From the IMG/VR virus record IMGVR_UViG_3300043419_000898, positions 1 to 64,000 of that record: DNA of 64,000 nucleotides. The stretch is one strand, 5' to 3'. Positions 29,184-37,856 of this stretch are shown piece after piece; within the stretch, counting starts at the first letter, position 1; every line of letters starts with the position of its first letter. Origin of the DNA: a virus. The position numbers were made by a program, and so were the translations under genes. The notes below the pieces were generated by a model. It made no database searches. It was given only the letters and a program-made list of their open reading frames with translations, and had not been told where the DNA came from.

Positions 29184-31012
29184 TAGTTAGCCCTCACTAT
29201 CATCTTCATAGGTCCAAACACCACTATGTTGCCACCTATCGTCCTAGTCAACGTCACGTTATACACACCAGCCGTATTCGTTACACTAGTCGTCAACTGG
29301 AACGTACATCTACCATCAGCGGCGTATACAGGCACACAACTATACGTAGCAATCAACGAGCCTATAGCGTTGTACACCTTAGCCTCTACAGTCGCTCCTG
29401 AGATATCTACACCGTTTTCGTTAGCATCTACCAACTGAACAGATACAGGTGCTTGTACGCCTTGCACGATGTCTAATGGCTGGTCAGAACCTAGTCCATC
29501 AGCGATGACTTTGAAAGGTCCAATATGCACGATGTTTCCTGCTATGCCTTGCATATTACAAGTAACAACTGCACCGTTCGTCGTGTTAGCACCACCTACA
29601 AAGATGGTCACGTCATCAGCACCAAAGTCGAATGCGGCGTTAGGTACGTCTAGCCTGTATGTGCCACGAGCGTATGGAGCAGATACTTCACAGAAGCCAC
29701 CAGAGACGTAAGAGCCAGTCGGTGTTTGTGCTACTACAGTGATAGGTACTGATGCTTGACCATTGCGTGTGTAGGACGCTGTGAGGTTTGTTGTTGTGTG
29801 TGTAAGACCAGTCGCTCCTAGGTAGAGGTAGAGAGAGCGAGAAGTTTCACCGGGCGCAATTGTGATGGTGCTGGAGTTGCGCTCTGTTGGGACGTAACGA
29901 CCTGTAGATACACTATCGGAATATTCAATCGCACCGATTGTTGGAGTAGATGGAGCAAGCCACGTTACACCATAGATATCAGTGGCAGGTGCGCCTGTTG
30001 ATGTACCAGCGTTCTGCGATGCACTGCTTGAATGGTTAGCCCAGAATGGGAAGTTTCCCCACCCTGTGACCCGGCTTAGGTTGTAGTCAGGAGATATAAA
30101 CGCTCGAGTGGTTGACCCTGTTCCTGTTCCAACATTATTCCTAGGAGTGCCGCAATTAAAAATGTTATACGATTCAACTATTTGACCATTATTTGTATTT
30201 GAAGTAATGCCAGTTGAAGTTTCAAAAATACAATTTCTGATTAATGTTGGATATGTTGTTGTTAGGTTATTGCCCGGATATGGAGCAATTCCAATATATC
30301 CTATAAACCTACAGTTTTGAACTGTAATTCCACCTAAAAACGCACCTCCAGAACTAAAAAACTGAAGACACGTGGATGGCGTATATACAGATGGATTTAT
30401 AAAAACACAATCCTTAAAAGACGACTGTGAATCAAACGCAGATGTTAATTGACTACTACCAAGCGTAACCGGTGCAAGAAATATACACTTAGATACTGTA
30501 AATCCAGCAGTACTTTGTATTGGTGTAAGCCTTACAGCAAATGAAAAATCAACATTATTTGCTGGTGTGTAAAAACCACACGCTGTGACAACATTAGATG
30601 TTCCAACAAACTGAAAGATAGTTCCATAAAGTGGGTCACCTCCAGTTCTGTAACCTGTTATATGTAAATTTTGCAATGTTACATATGATTTATTGATTTC
30701 CAATACCCCAGATGAGTTAGCACTAGTATTTGTTACGTAGTTAGTTAACACTACAGGGCCAGCAGAAACACCGGTAAATTGTGACGCTGTAGGGTCACCA
30801 GATATTGTAATTCGCTGTCCTTCTGATGTTGGGTTTGTAAATGCCGCTGTGACCGACTCACGATAAACACCGGGAGCAATATACAATGTGTCTCCGGGAG
30901 CAATCCCTGTTGCGCCGATGGCTTTTGTTATCGTCTGCCACGCCTGATTAGTAGCAGGACCAGTGCCAGCGTTTATGTCACTGCCATCAGTCCTGACGTA
31001 ATACGTTGCCAT
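29183..31012 (-). CDS. Beta-helix appendage protein, paralog 1
   Basis: MATYYVRTDGSD..IAPGVYRE and GTYRLDVP. Confidence 0.8.
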   Translation of the reverse strand: MATYYVRTDGSDINAGTGPATNQAWQTITKAIGATGIAPGDTLYIAPGVYRESVTAAFTNPTSEGQRITISGDPTASQFTGVSAGPVVLTNYVTNTSANSSGVLEINKSYVTLQNLHITGYRTGGDPLYGTIFQFVGTSNVVTACGFYTPANNVDFSFAVRLTPIQSTAGFTVSKCIFLAPVTLGSSQLTSAFDSQSSFKDCVFINPSVYTPSTCLQFFSSGGAFLGGITVQNCRFIGYIGIAPYPGNNLTTTYPTLIRNCIFETSTGITSNTNNGQIVESYNIFNCGTPRNNVGTGTGSTTRAFISPDYNLSRVTGWGNFPFWANHSSSASQNAGTSTGAPATDIYGVTWLAPSTPTIGAIEYSDSVSTGRYVPTERNSSTITIAPGETSRSLYLYLGATGLTHTTTNLTASYTRNGQASVPITVVAQTPTGSYVSGGFCEVSAPYARGTYRLDVPNAAFDFGADDVTIFVGGANTTNGAVVTCNMQGIAGNIVHIGPFKVIADGLGSDQPLDIVQGVQAPVSVQLVDANENGVDISGATVEAKVYNAIGSLIATYSCVPVYAADGRCTFQLTTSVTNTAGVYNVTLTRTIGGNIVVFGPMKMIVRAN

Positions 31013-31458
31013 TACTCAGCCACACCTTGAATAATTTCATACGCCATCTGAATAGCGAACTGCATTACATACCCATACTGAAACTGCTCATCCTTACTGA
31101 GCCAGAATTGGTTGATAGACGTGCCATCTTCACCGTACGTATCAAGCACGTTGCCTAAGTCATCTTCGATGTTGCCGAACACTAACCAGTCGTTGTTAGG
31201 CTCATCCTTGTCGATATGGAAGTCCTGTAGGTTGATACCGCTACGCCCTACCTTATCGGTTGCTATGACGATAGCAAACTGCTGTGAGATACCCAACTGG
31301 AACGCATCATCCTGTCGGAACCACCACTGCATGACCGTAGTGCCATCTTCGCCAAACGTGCCAAGAAGATTACCGGCATCATCTTCAATATCGCCAAAGA
31401 TAATCCAGTCACCGACGTTCTGTGGATACGGTTCTATACGAAAGTTTTGTAGGTTCAT
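31012..31458 (-). CDS. Small acidic partner protein with two tandem domains
   Basis: Two copies of NLQxFxI..DWxxFGxIEDDxGNxLxTxGEDGT..QDxxFQ; start at the ATGA overlap (31458). Confidence 0.8.
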   Translation of the reverse strand: MNLQNFRIEPYPQNVGDWIIFGDIEDDAGNLLGTFGEDGTTVMQWWFRQDDAFQLGISQQFAIVIATDKVGRSGINLQDFHIDKDEPNNDWLVFGNIEDDLGNVLDTYGEDGTSINQFWLSKDEQFQYGYVMQFAIQMAYEIIQGVAE

Positions 31459-31742
31459 AGTTTCACTGCCTGCTTCCATCTCATTCTATGCCAAAAGAAT
31501 GCCCATGAAAACAAACCCGCCAAGCCCATATTCAAGACGATTTCTGACCAAGCCGGTGTTGATAATGACAGTACGTTCATCAGTGCACCAGCGGCTACAA
31601 CAGCCAAAGATATCTTTATCCAACCACGAACAACGAAAGGCATACGGGTGATTGGATTACCCTCTGCTTGCAACATGGCTATAAAGCCTGTTATGGATAC
31701 TGCGATAATGCCAGACGCTACGGCATTAAGGAGTGTTGCCAT
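31455..31742 (-). CDS. 3-TM membrane protein (holin-like)
   Basis: Three hydrophobic segments and a basic C-terminus. Confidence 0.6.
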   Translation of the reverse strand: MATLLNAVASGIIAVSITGFIAMLQAEGNPITRMPFVVRGWIKISLAVVAAGALMNVLSLSTPAWSEIVLNMGLAGLFSWAFFWHRMRWKQAVKL

Positions 31743-32037
31743 CTTTCTCTACCTTCGTTGTTTTTAGTTGCAACTTCTCGGTAATCAGTTCGACTCCACG
31801 TAGTCCAAGCGTACCCATCAAGAAACTCAGTCCAAGCATATACTTAGGCTCAGTTATCTTGAGCAAGTCAGCGATAATAGGTGTCAGGTAAGTAGCACTA
31901 GCCGTACCAGACATAACTGCTATCACTAGACCGCCGATGTTCTTGTGACTTTGGCGTGAGACCCCAACGAGACTACCGAAAAATCCCGCTACAATCTGTT
32001 GTATCTCGTCTGAGCTCAGACCTCTATCAATTGACAT
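31726..32037 (-). CDS. Holin-like membrane protein
   Basis: AGFFGSLV..SGTASATYLTP..SFLMGTLGLRGVE pattern typical of small phage holins. Confidence 0.65.
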   Translation of the reverse strand: MSIDRGLSSDEIQQIVAGFFGSLVGVSRQSHKNIGGLVIAVMSGTASATYLTPIIADLLKITEPKYMLGLSFLMGTLGLRGVELITEKLQLKTTKVEKDGNTP

Positions 32038-32383
32038 CTTCTGTATCCCGTGTCGCTTTATTACGGCTCAATACCGCTCCGACTGTGCTTATCTTCATCT
32101 CATCTTCGAGTTGCTGAATAGCAGACTGCTTAGCACTCGCAAGTTGAAACGTTGGGGTGTCAGCATCCTGACGCATGAAGAAGGCGATACAGGCACTGAT
32201 ACACGCAGGTACACCACCTTGCAGTCCTTCAATACAAGACACTGTAAAGGCTTTCATGACCATACCGAACGATGCTGTGTCAGGGATATGTTGCGTCTTC
32301 CAACTAGCATCAAACTCAGGTCCAAAGCCAGCCATAAAGGCACCTAGTGCGACTAGGACAAGACGACCATAGGCTATGTTCAT
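32027..32383 (-). CDS. Membrane protein (holin-like)
   Basis: Hydrophobic N-terminal helix plus a second hydrophobic segment. Confidence 0.55.
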   Translation of the reverse strand: MNIAYGRLVLVALGAFMAGFGPEFDASWKTQHIPDTASFGMVMKAFTVSCIEGLQGGVPACISACIAFFMRQDADTPTFQLASAKQSAIQQLEDEMKISTVGAVLSRNKATRDTEDVN

Positions 32384-32778
32384 AGGGCATCAACTCCGTT
32401 ATCAACAACGACATCTCCCTTTGCTATCAAAAGGATTGCATCTGACCTACCGTAGTCAACTGAGGTGATATTGAAGACACGAGACCTCATCGCCCCATTA
32501 GTCACTTTTACTCTGTCCTTGGGCAATACAGAGGTTTCTACGGGCATATAAATCGTCCAGTCGCTTCTTGCCTGTAGTACTCCGCCTTCCAAAGTCTCAG
32601 CACCGTCGTCGAAGACTATACGGGCTTTTGTTGTTTGTGTGATTCTCCAGTCAGATGTGATTCCACCCATGCCGTCAGATTGCGGTAAGTCACGCAAAAT
32701 CTGCACATCCGTAGAGCAAGCACGGCGTGTCATCTCGGCACGTATAGGCGACATAGCATCTGGATTAATCATATACAA
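32380..32778 (-). CDS. Head closure/head-tail adaptor (SPP1 gp16-like)
   Basis: SDGMGG..W, DRVKV, VFNITSV; synteny. Confidence 0.8.
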   Translation of the reverse strand: MYMINPDAMSPIRAEMTRRACSTDVQILRDLPQSDGMGGITSDWRITQTTKARIVFDDGAETLEGGVLQARSDWTIYMPVETSVLPKDRVKVTNGAMRSRVFNITSVDYGRSDAILLIAKGDVVVDNGVDAL

Positions 32779-32822
32779 AGATGTTGTACATAAATGATTG
32801 TCAGGAATCTATGATTGTTGCG

Positions 32823-32851
32823 TTGACAAGACTTAATGACGGCTGTATGAT
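32823..32851 (+). promoter_or_regulatory. sigma70 promoter oriented against the late operon
   Basis: TTGACA-17 nt-TATGAT. Confidence 0.65.
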
Positions 32852-32880
32852 TCCGCTGAGTGTGTTCGAGCGAAAAGCAG

Positions 32881-32910
32881 AAGACCAACCTTTCGGTTGG
32901 TCTTTTTGTT
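32881..32910 (+). terminator. Intrinsic terminator, possibly bidirectional
   Basis: AAGACCAACC-tttc-GGTTGGTCTT followed by TTTGTT. Confidence 0.75.
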
Positions 32911-33386
32911 TAGAAGATGTTGTACGGTCGATATCGTTCGGCAGTCTTCATACAGTTGTCATACAACTGATTCATCTTGATATCTACAGAACCATCAGTA
33001 GAGTCAGCAAACTCAGTACATCGTTGAGCCTTTAGTAGCCAACCACGCCAAGCGGCTCGCTTGATATCGTAACGCTCAGTCCAAGCGGCTCCATCGTCAG
33101 CCCACTCACATGTGCCATCAGTTTGGAGTTTTCCTTTGTATGGGTTTGTTGTCCAAGATGGCTCAGTTGCCCCTGTAATACCGGGGACAACACATACATA
33201 GATTCTGCCCGAGCGTGTAGCAGGAAATACTATGTCATCTACATCGTATGCGGTTTCTGGTTCCCAGAGTAGTCCACGCCTACTCTCATCTACAAGAGCA
33301 AGCAGGTCATCGGAAGACAGTGTTGGTTGTCTTTCCGCACTGCACATACGTGCCAAGTCTAATGCTATTTCTTCTCTTGTTTTCAT
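32910..33386 (-). CDS. Head-tail connector with inserted carbohydrate-binding-like module
   Basis: Follows the capsid genes; YDIKRAAWRGWLLKA connector-like tail; WEPETAYDVDDIV..YVCVVPG..EPSW module. Confidence 0.7.
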   Translation of the reverse strand: MKTREEIALDLARMCSAERQPTLSSDDLLALVDESRRGLLWEPETAYDVDDIVFPATRSGRIYVCVVPGITGATEPSWTTNPYKGKLQTDGTCEWADDGAAWTERYDIKRAAWRGWLLKAQRCTEFADSTDGSVDIKMNQLYDNCMKTAERYRPYNIF

Positions 33387-33397
33387 AGTTGCCTATC

Positions 33398-33446
33398 AAA
33401 AAAGTGACCCGGCTGTTTGAGCATATACAGAGGCTTGCCGGGTTCT
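33398..33446 (-). terminator. Putative terminator after the capsid/decoration genes
   Basis: ACCCGGC...GCCGGGT stem followed by a T-run on the minus strand; a second hairpin ACTAGGTGGA/TCCACCTAGT at about 33457-33483. Confidence 0.5.
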
Positions 33447-33492
33447 TTGACGAAGACTAGGTGGATGGTTAGTCCACCTAGTAATTTACCGA

Positions 33493-33927
33493 TTACAGAA
33501 TTACTTCGTAACCAGTTGCACCACGGGTAGCAGCCGTAAACGGTGCTTCCTTTGCACGGCTGAGTACACAGGTAACAGCGGCAAGCAGACCTGTCGAAGT
33601 GCCAGCGAGTGAGAAGCGAAGATAACGACGACGCTTGCGTACATCCAACTGATAGATGTACAACTTGCCGTTGTCAGTTGTTGCAGTGATAGCTGCGACG
33701 TTTGACGTGCCAGCAACGTCAACCCACGTGGAGTTGTCATCAGATTCCTGAAGTTTCAGTCCACCGATTGCAACCGTTGTAGAGATGACACCAGCCTGAA
33801 CATAGATAGAAGCCCAGTCGAACTTCGTACCAGTCTGCACGGTGTCAACAGCCGTACCGGTAACAGTTGCGGTAACTGCTACTGGTGCAAGCATTTCGAT
33901 GACTTTTGCATCCATGAGTTTAATCAT
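33493..33927 (-). CDS. Capsid-associated (decoration-like) protein
   Basis: Directly after the major capsid gene; LQESDDNSTWVDVAG and RRRYLR motifs. Confidence 0.7.
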   Translation of the reverse strand: MIKLMDAKVIEMLAPVAVTATVTGTAVDTVQTGTKFDWASIYVQAGVISTTVAIGGLKLQESDDNSTWVDVAGTSNVAAITATTDNGKLYIYQLDVRKRRRYLRFSLAGTSTGLLAAVTCVLSRAKEAPFTAATRGATGYEVIL

Positions 33928-33979
33928 GTTGTTTCTCCTCTAGAGGGGTTTCTCAACCCCTCTAGTATTTCAGTGATTA

Positions 33980-35341
33980 CTACGAAGCAGCAGTAATCAG
34001 ACCAACGATAGGACCGGGCTGGCGGTTAGCCGCTACGGACGAAGCGTTTCCAACGTCATGGACGTTGATATCGTAACGCTGTGTACCACGGAGCGTCAAC
34101 TCATCAGTCGTGAAGGCAGCATGCTCGGAGAGAGCAAGCGTAACGTCACGGCGGTCACCAAGCATGGAGCCAAGGCGAAGGTCGCCAAGGAGACAACATA
34201 CCTGTGAGTTAGCCTCATCCTTAGGCATGACCTGTGCAAACTCCACTGGGTAACCCATGAAGTACTGGCGTGGGATGCCGTTGATGATTTCGGTCGAAGT
34301 AACACCACCGGTTGCTTCAGCCAACTTACACATGACCTCATGGTAGAAGGAACGATGAACAATCCATCGTGCACCAGCACCGTCAGCGTACTGTGGAAGA
34401 CGACCGATGACCTTGCGGAAGTCGGAAAGAATCAACTCGGAGTAAGCGTTTCCGGTTCCAACAACGAGACCAGCGATGTTACCGATGGTGCCATCAAGAC
34501 CCTTGAGTTTTTCACGGACACCAACGATACCACCGTATGTGGAGGTGCCGTCACCGTTGAAACCAGCGTTGTCTTCAGCGTTTGCAAATGCATATGCGAT
34601 TTCGTCGGAAACCGTGTTTGCAATTTCAATCGTGGAGTCTTCGTTGAGTTCAGCAGTCAACTTAGCAATAACGCCAAGTTTCTTGGTTACCAAGCGAACA
34701 CGGTCCCAGTTGAGTTCGGACTCGTTGATGGTTGCGCCTTCTCCAACGTAGAAAGCGGTAAGACCACCACGGCGACGTGGGCGGGACTGAGTATCGGACG
34801 TCATTGGGACAACACGAGTCAGGCGGCGGAATACACCGTACTGCTCACGAAGGTCGATGAGGTCGTTGAGGAACTCTTCAGGAACAAGGAATCCACCAAC
34901 TTCGTTCTCGAACTCGTTGTGACCCTTGATTTCAATACCACGCTCACGGCACCATGATGCAGCCTTAGCGTTTCCAGCAGGTCCACCAAGGAACCACTGT
35001 CCAAAGCGGTATGCCTTGAGTGCTCGCTCTTGCTGAGTAGCACCAGCAAAGTTGGTGACACGGTTGCCAGCAGGGAGGCGGATAGCCTTAAGTGCATCTG
35101 CTTCAGCACGGTCGGAAACCGACTTGGTTGCTGGCTCAGGCTTAGGTGCTTCATATGGAAGAGCACTTGTCTCAGAGATGGTACGTAGGGATTTGATACG
35201 AGCGGCAATGCCTTCGTTCTCTTCAATCAGCGTAGCAGCATCTGCTGGGTCAAGGTTCATGTCTGCGAGAATAGCCTGAGCGGTTGCCTTGTTGGCTTCC
35301 ATCTTGGACTCAAGCGAGTTGATACGGGAAATAATATCCAT
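33980..35341 (-). CDS. Major capsid protein, HK97 fold
   Basis: GGFLVPEEF, VGEGATI, ELNEDS, FNGDG, LLGDL, RYDINV; N-terminal delta-like coil. Confidence 0.95.
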   Translation of the reverse strand: MDIISRINSLESKMEANKATAQAILADMNLDPADAATLIEENEGIAARIKSLRTISETSALPYEAPKPEPATKSVSDRAEADALKAIRLPAGNRVTNFAGATQQERALKAYRFGQWFLGGPAGNAKAASWCRERGIEIKGHNEFENEVGGFLVPEEFLNDLIDLREQYGVFRRLTRVVPMTSDTQSRPRRRGGLTAFYVGEGATINESELNWDRVRLVTKKLGVIAKLTAELNEDSTIEIANTVSDEIAYAFANAEDNAGFNGDGTSTYGGIVGVREKLKGLDGTIGNIAGLVVGTGNAYSELILSDFRKVIGRLPQYADGAGARWIVHRSFYHEVMCKLAEATGGVTSTEIINGIPRQYFMGYPVEFAQVMPKDEANSQVCCLLGDLRLGSMLGDRRDVTLALSEHAAFTTDELTLRGTQRYDINVHDVGNASSVAANRQPGPIVGLITAAS

Positions 35342-35353
35342 ATCTCTACCTTT

Positions 35354-36934
35354 CTAGATTTGCATTCTCTGTGCGAGAAGTTTGCGGGTTAGTTCATCTC
35401 GAACACGACGAGCTTCCTCATCGTCATACGATTTGACATCCTCTTGAACTGGTTCTTCTGTTGCTTCTTCTGCTGGTGCTTCTGCATCAACAACTTCTAC
35501 TTCTTCGGAAACCACTTCTTCAGCGGTTTCAGCAACAACCTCTCCAGTTGCTGCTGGCTCAGCGTCATCGGTTGTTTGTTCAACAACTTCTTCCACTGAT
35601 TGGACATCTGCTGACTTAACGTCAACTTCGTCCATTTCGGCTTCTTCCACTGCATCGCACAGTGCCTTCCACCCATGGGATGCAAGCATTTTTGCTTCCC
35701 GGCGAGAAAGACTGAGTGCTTCACGCACCCGTCGCTCGAATTCAGTAACGCTCGTTGGTTTTGACTTAGAGAACAGGACGTTCATCTCATGAACTTCCTT
35801 CATAGGTCTCTTCTTCTTACCCATGTAACCAACAAGCATTTGACCAAATGAATCAACATTACTCATCAATGCCGAGTGATATTGGTCAATATCATCTTCT
35901 TCAACTTCACCATCGTTCAATGCACTAAGCATTTCCTGATAAGCCATCATCAAGTGTGACAGAATCAAAGAAAGAGTTGCAGGACTAATCTCTGGACCTT
36001 CGTTCTCATCTTCCATGTCTGGCTGCATTGGCATACCCGGTTGCATCGGCATGTCATCTTTAGCCATAGCCATGCATGTTGGACAGTCTTCGTTTGAACC
36101 AAGAACATCTCCACATGTTGGGCACATACTCTTCATGCGATGTGTGATGCATCCCTTACAGGTCATATTCGACCCGATTACACCTTTACACATGGGACAT
36201 TCAGAATCTAACTTAAATGCTGACTGTCGCTTCTTCTTTGGACCACACATGTCAATGTTGCTGTTCATTGAATAACTATCCACCATATCTTCATCCATTT
36301 TTCGCTTACGTTTTGGCATCCAACTGTATGTATTAATCTCAGGCATTGACATACGCATCTTCGGCTTTATGGATGGCAATGGCATCATGTTAGGGATACC
36401 GCATTTTGCTTCATTAGGTGTAATCAATGGTGCGAAGTCAGAAAGTGACTTTGCGAAAGCCAAGTTACGTGGTTCAGCAGGACGTGGTGTAAGACTTGCT
36501 TCAGCAAGTGGCCATACAGTCAGAAGGTTTGTATCTTCATTGTATGACTTTTCACGAACAACAAGGTGACCAGCCGCACCAGAAGAGAATCCAAGGCGTC
36601 CCTCAACAGCGAGACGCTTAATCATCTCACGGTACTGGTCAGAAACCTGAATCTGACCTTCATACCAAAGACCGGCTTCTTTGACAACGATACGTCCAGT
36701 CCCGACTGCCTTCTTGCCAATGACTGGGTCCATGCCATGAGCATAGTAAAGGTTCATTGGAACCGAGTCACCAATCTTCATCGGGCGTCCAAAGTCACAC
36801 TGAGGTGAAAAGACATCACCCTCTAGGTCTTGTCCACCGAAACGGACAAGGTACCCACGGACTTTACCGTCGGTCGTTGCTTTCACTTCGTCGCCGAAGC
36901 GAATCACGATTTCGTTGTCGTTATCTACTGACAT
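35354..36934 (-). CDS. Prohead protease with Cys/Met-rich insert and acidic scaffold-like tail
   Basis: VRGYLVRFG, DLEGDVF, YAHG, GFSSG and EASLTPRPAEP. Confidence 0.9.
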   Translation of the reverse strand: MSVDNDNEIVIRFGDEVKATTDGKVRGYLVRFGGQDLEGDVFSPQCDFGRPMKIGDSVPMNLYYAHGMDPVIGKKAVGTGRIVVKEAGLWYEGQIQVSDQYREMIKRLAVEGRLGFSSGAAGHLVVREKSYNEDTNLLTVWPLAEASLTPRPAEPRNLAFAKSLSDFAPLITPNEAKCGIPNMMPLPSIKPKMRMSMPEINTYSWMPKRKRKMDEDMVDSYSMNSNIDMCGPKKKRQSAFKLDSECPMCKGVIGSNMTCKGCITHRMKSMCPTCGDVLGSNEDCPTCMAMAKDDMPMQPGMPMQPDMEDENEGPEISPATLSLILSHLMMAYQEMLSALNDGEVEEDDIDQYHSALMSNVDSFGQMLVGYMGKKKRPMKEVHEMNVLFSKSKPTSVTEFERRVREALSLSRREAKMLASHGWKALCDAVEEAEMDEVDVKSADVQSVEEVVEQTTDDAEPAATGEVVAETAEEVVSEEVEVVDAEAPAEEATEEPVQEDVKSYDDEEARRVRDELTRKLLAQRMQI

Positions 36935-36959
36935 AGTCTTTTCATATCCTCTGCAAACG

Positions 36960-37856
36960 TCACGCTTGTTTCGAATCGCCTTCGTCTACAGTTAGTAATA
37001 CATTTAGTGAATCACCTTTCAACCACTTCGCATACTTGTCGTCACCAAGGACGGCTTTTGCTTCGTATGTTGGCAGCAATTCAAACATCTCATCTGCTGA
37101 CATGATGCCTTTGACATCATTCACAGCAACATCTGTATAAAACAACGGAACACACTTGCAGTCACTTCCGTGAACAACAAACGAGTTAGTCAGATTAATA
37201 TCTGTTCCGTGTACAAACCAGCATTCTGCTTTTGTCGTCACATCGCAAGGGCTTACAGTCATACATTTGACTTGTTTGTCCCGTACGGTCAATCTAACGA
37301 CATCAACAAATAGGTTTTCTACAGACTTTTCGAACAGATTTATTATGTCAGACATAAACATCTCGTCTGCGTCATAAATAGCCGACATGAGCAAATCTGG
37401 ACGTGCGTTGTATGATTTACCAATCTGATTTCTTTGTGAATCAACGATATCGGATATCGCACATTCCATTTGATAGTCAAAATCAGAAGTGAATAACTGG
37501 CTCAACATTGAGTCTATTTCTTCGTCACTGACCAGCGTTTTACCGTTCAGGACTTCCGAACTTTCGTTCAGTTCTTCCACAATCATCTTGACAAAGGTTG
37601 CCTTAGTTTCATCAAACTTGTCAAGCATCAACGATGCGGTCATCAATGTCACAGTGTGTAGACGGCGATGCAGGATAGCAAGCGTCGTTTCATCTGCACC
37701 ACTCATCTTGACCATTGAGCCGATGGACTCTAGCGTCTTTCGTTGTTTCTTGTATTTCTCTTGCAGTGACTCAACCGCTTTTTTCATGCTTGACTTGTAC
37801 TCACGGCGGAGTTCCGTCATGATTAAAAGCGATTCATCAAGGGACTCTAAACTCAT
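36960..37856 (-). CDS. MuF/gp7-like head morphogenesis protein (divergent)
   Basis: Between portal and protease; ECWFVHG..HGSDCKCVP and AVLGDDKYAKWLKG. Confidence 0.55.
   Translation of the reverse strand: MSLESLDESLLIMTELRREYKSSMKKAVESLQEKYKKQRKTLESIGSMVKMSGADETTLAILHRRLHTVTLMTASLMLDKFDETKATFVKMIVEELNESSEVLNGKTLVSDEEIDSMLSQLFTSDFDYQMECAISDIVDSQRNQIGKSYNARPDLLMSAIYDADEMFMSDIINLFEKSVENLFVDVVRLTVRDKQVKCMTVSPCDVTTKAECWFVHGTDINLTNSFVVHGSDCKCVPLFYTDVAVNDVKGIMSADEMFELLPTYEAKAVLGDDKYAKWLKGDSLNVLLTVDEGDSKQA

Noticed and set aside
17322-31458. Diversity-generating retroelement or shufflon driving appendage diversity
   Set aside because: No reverse transcriptase or invertase in the window. All copies are full-length and co-oriented, and I saw no template/variable repeat pair differing only at adenines.
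34340-34957. 205-aa plus-strand ORF and other long antisense ORFs in the track (e.g. 31112-31651, 56932-57480)
   Set aside because: Shadow frames of well-supported genes, with no motifs or ribosome binding sites.
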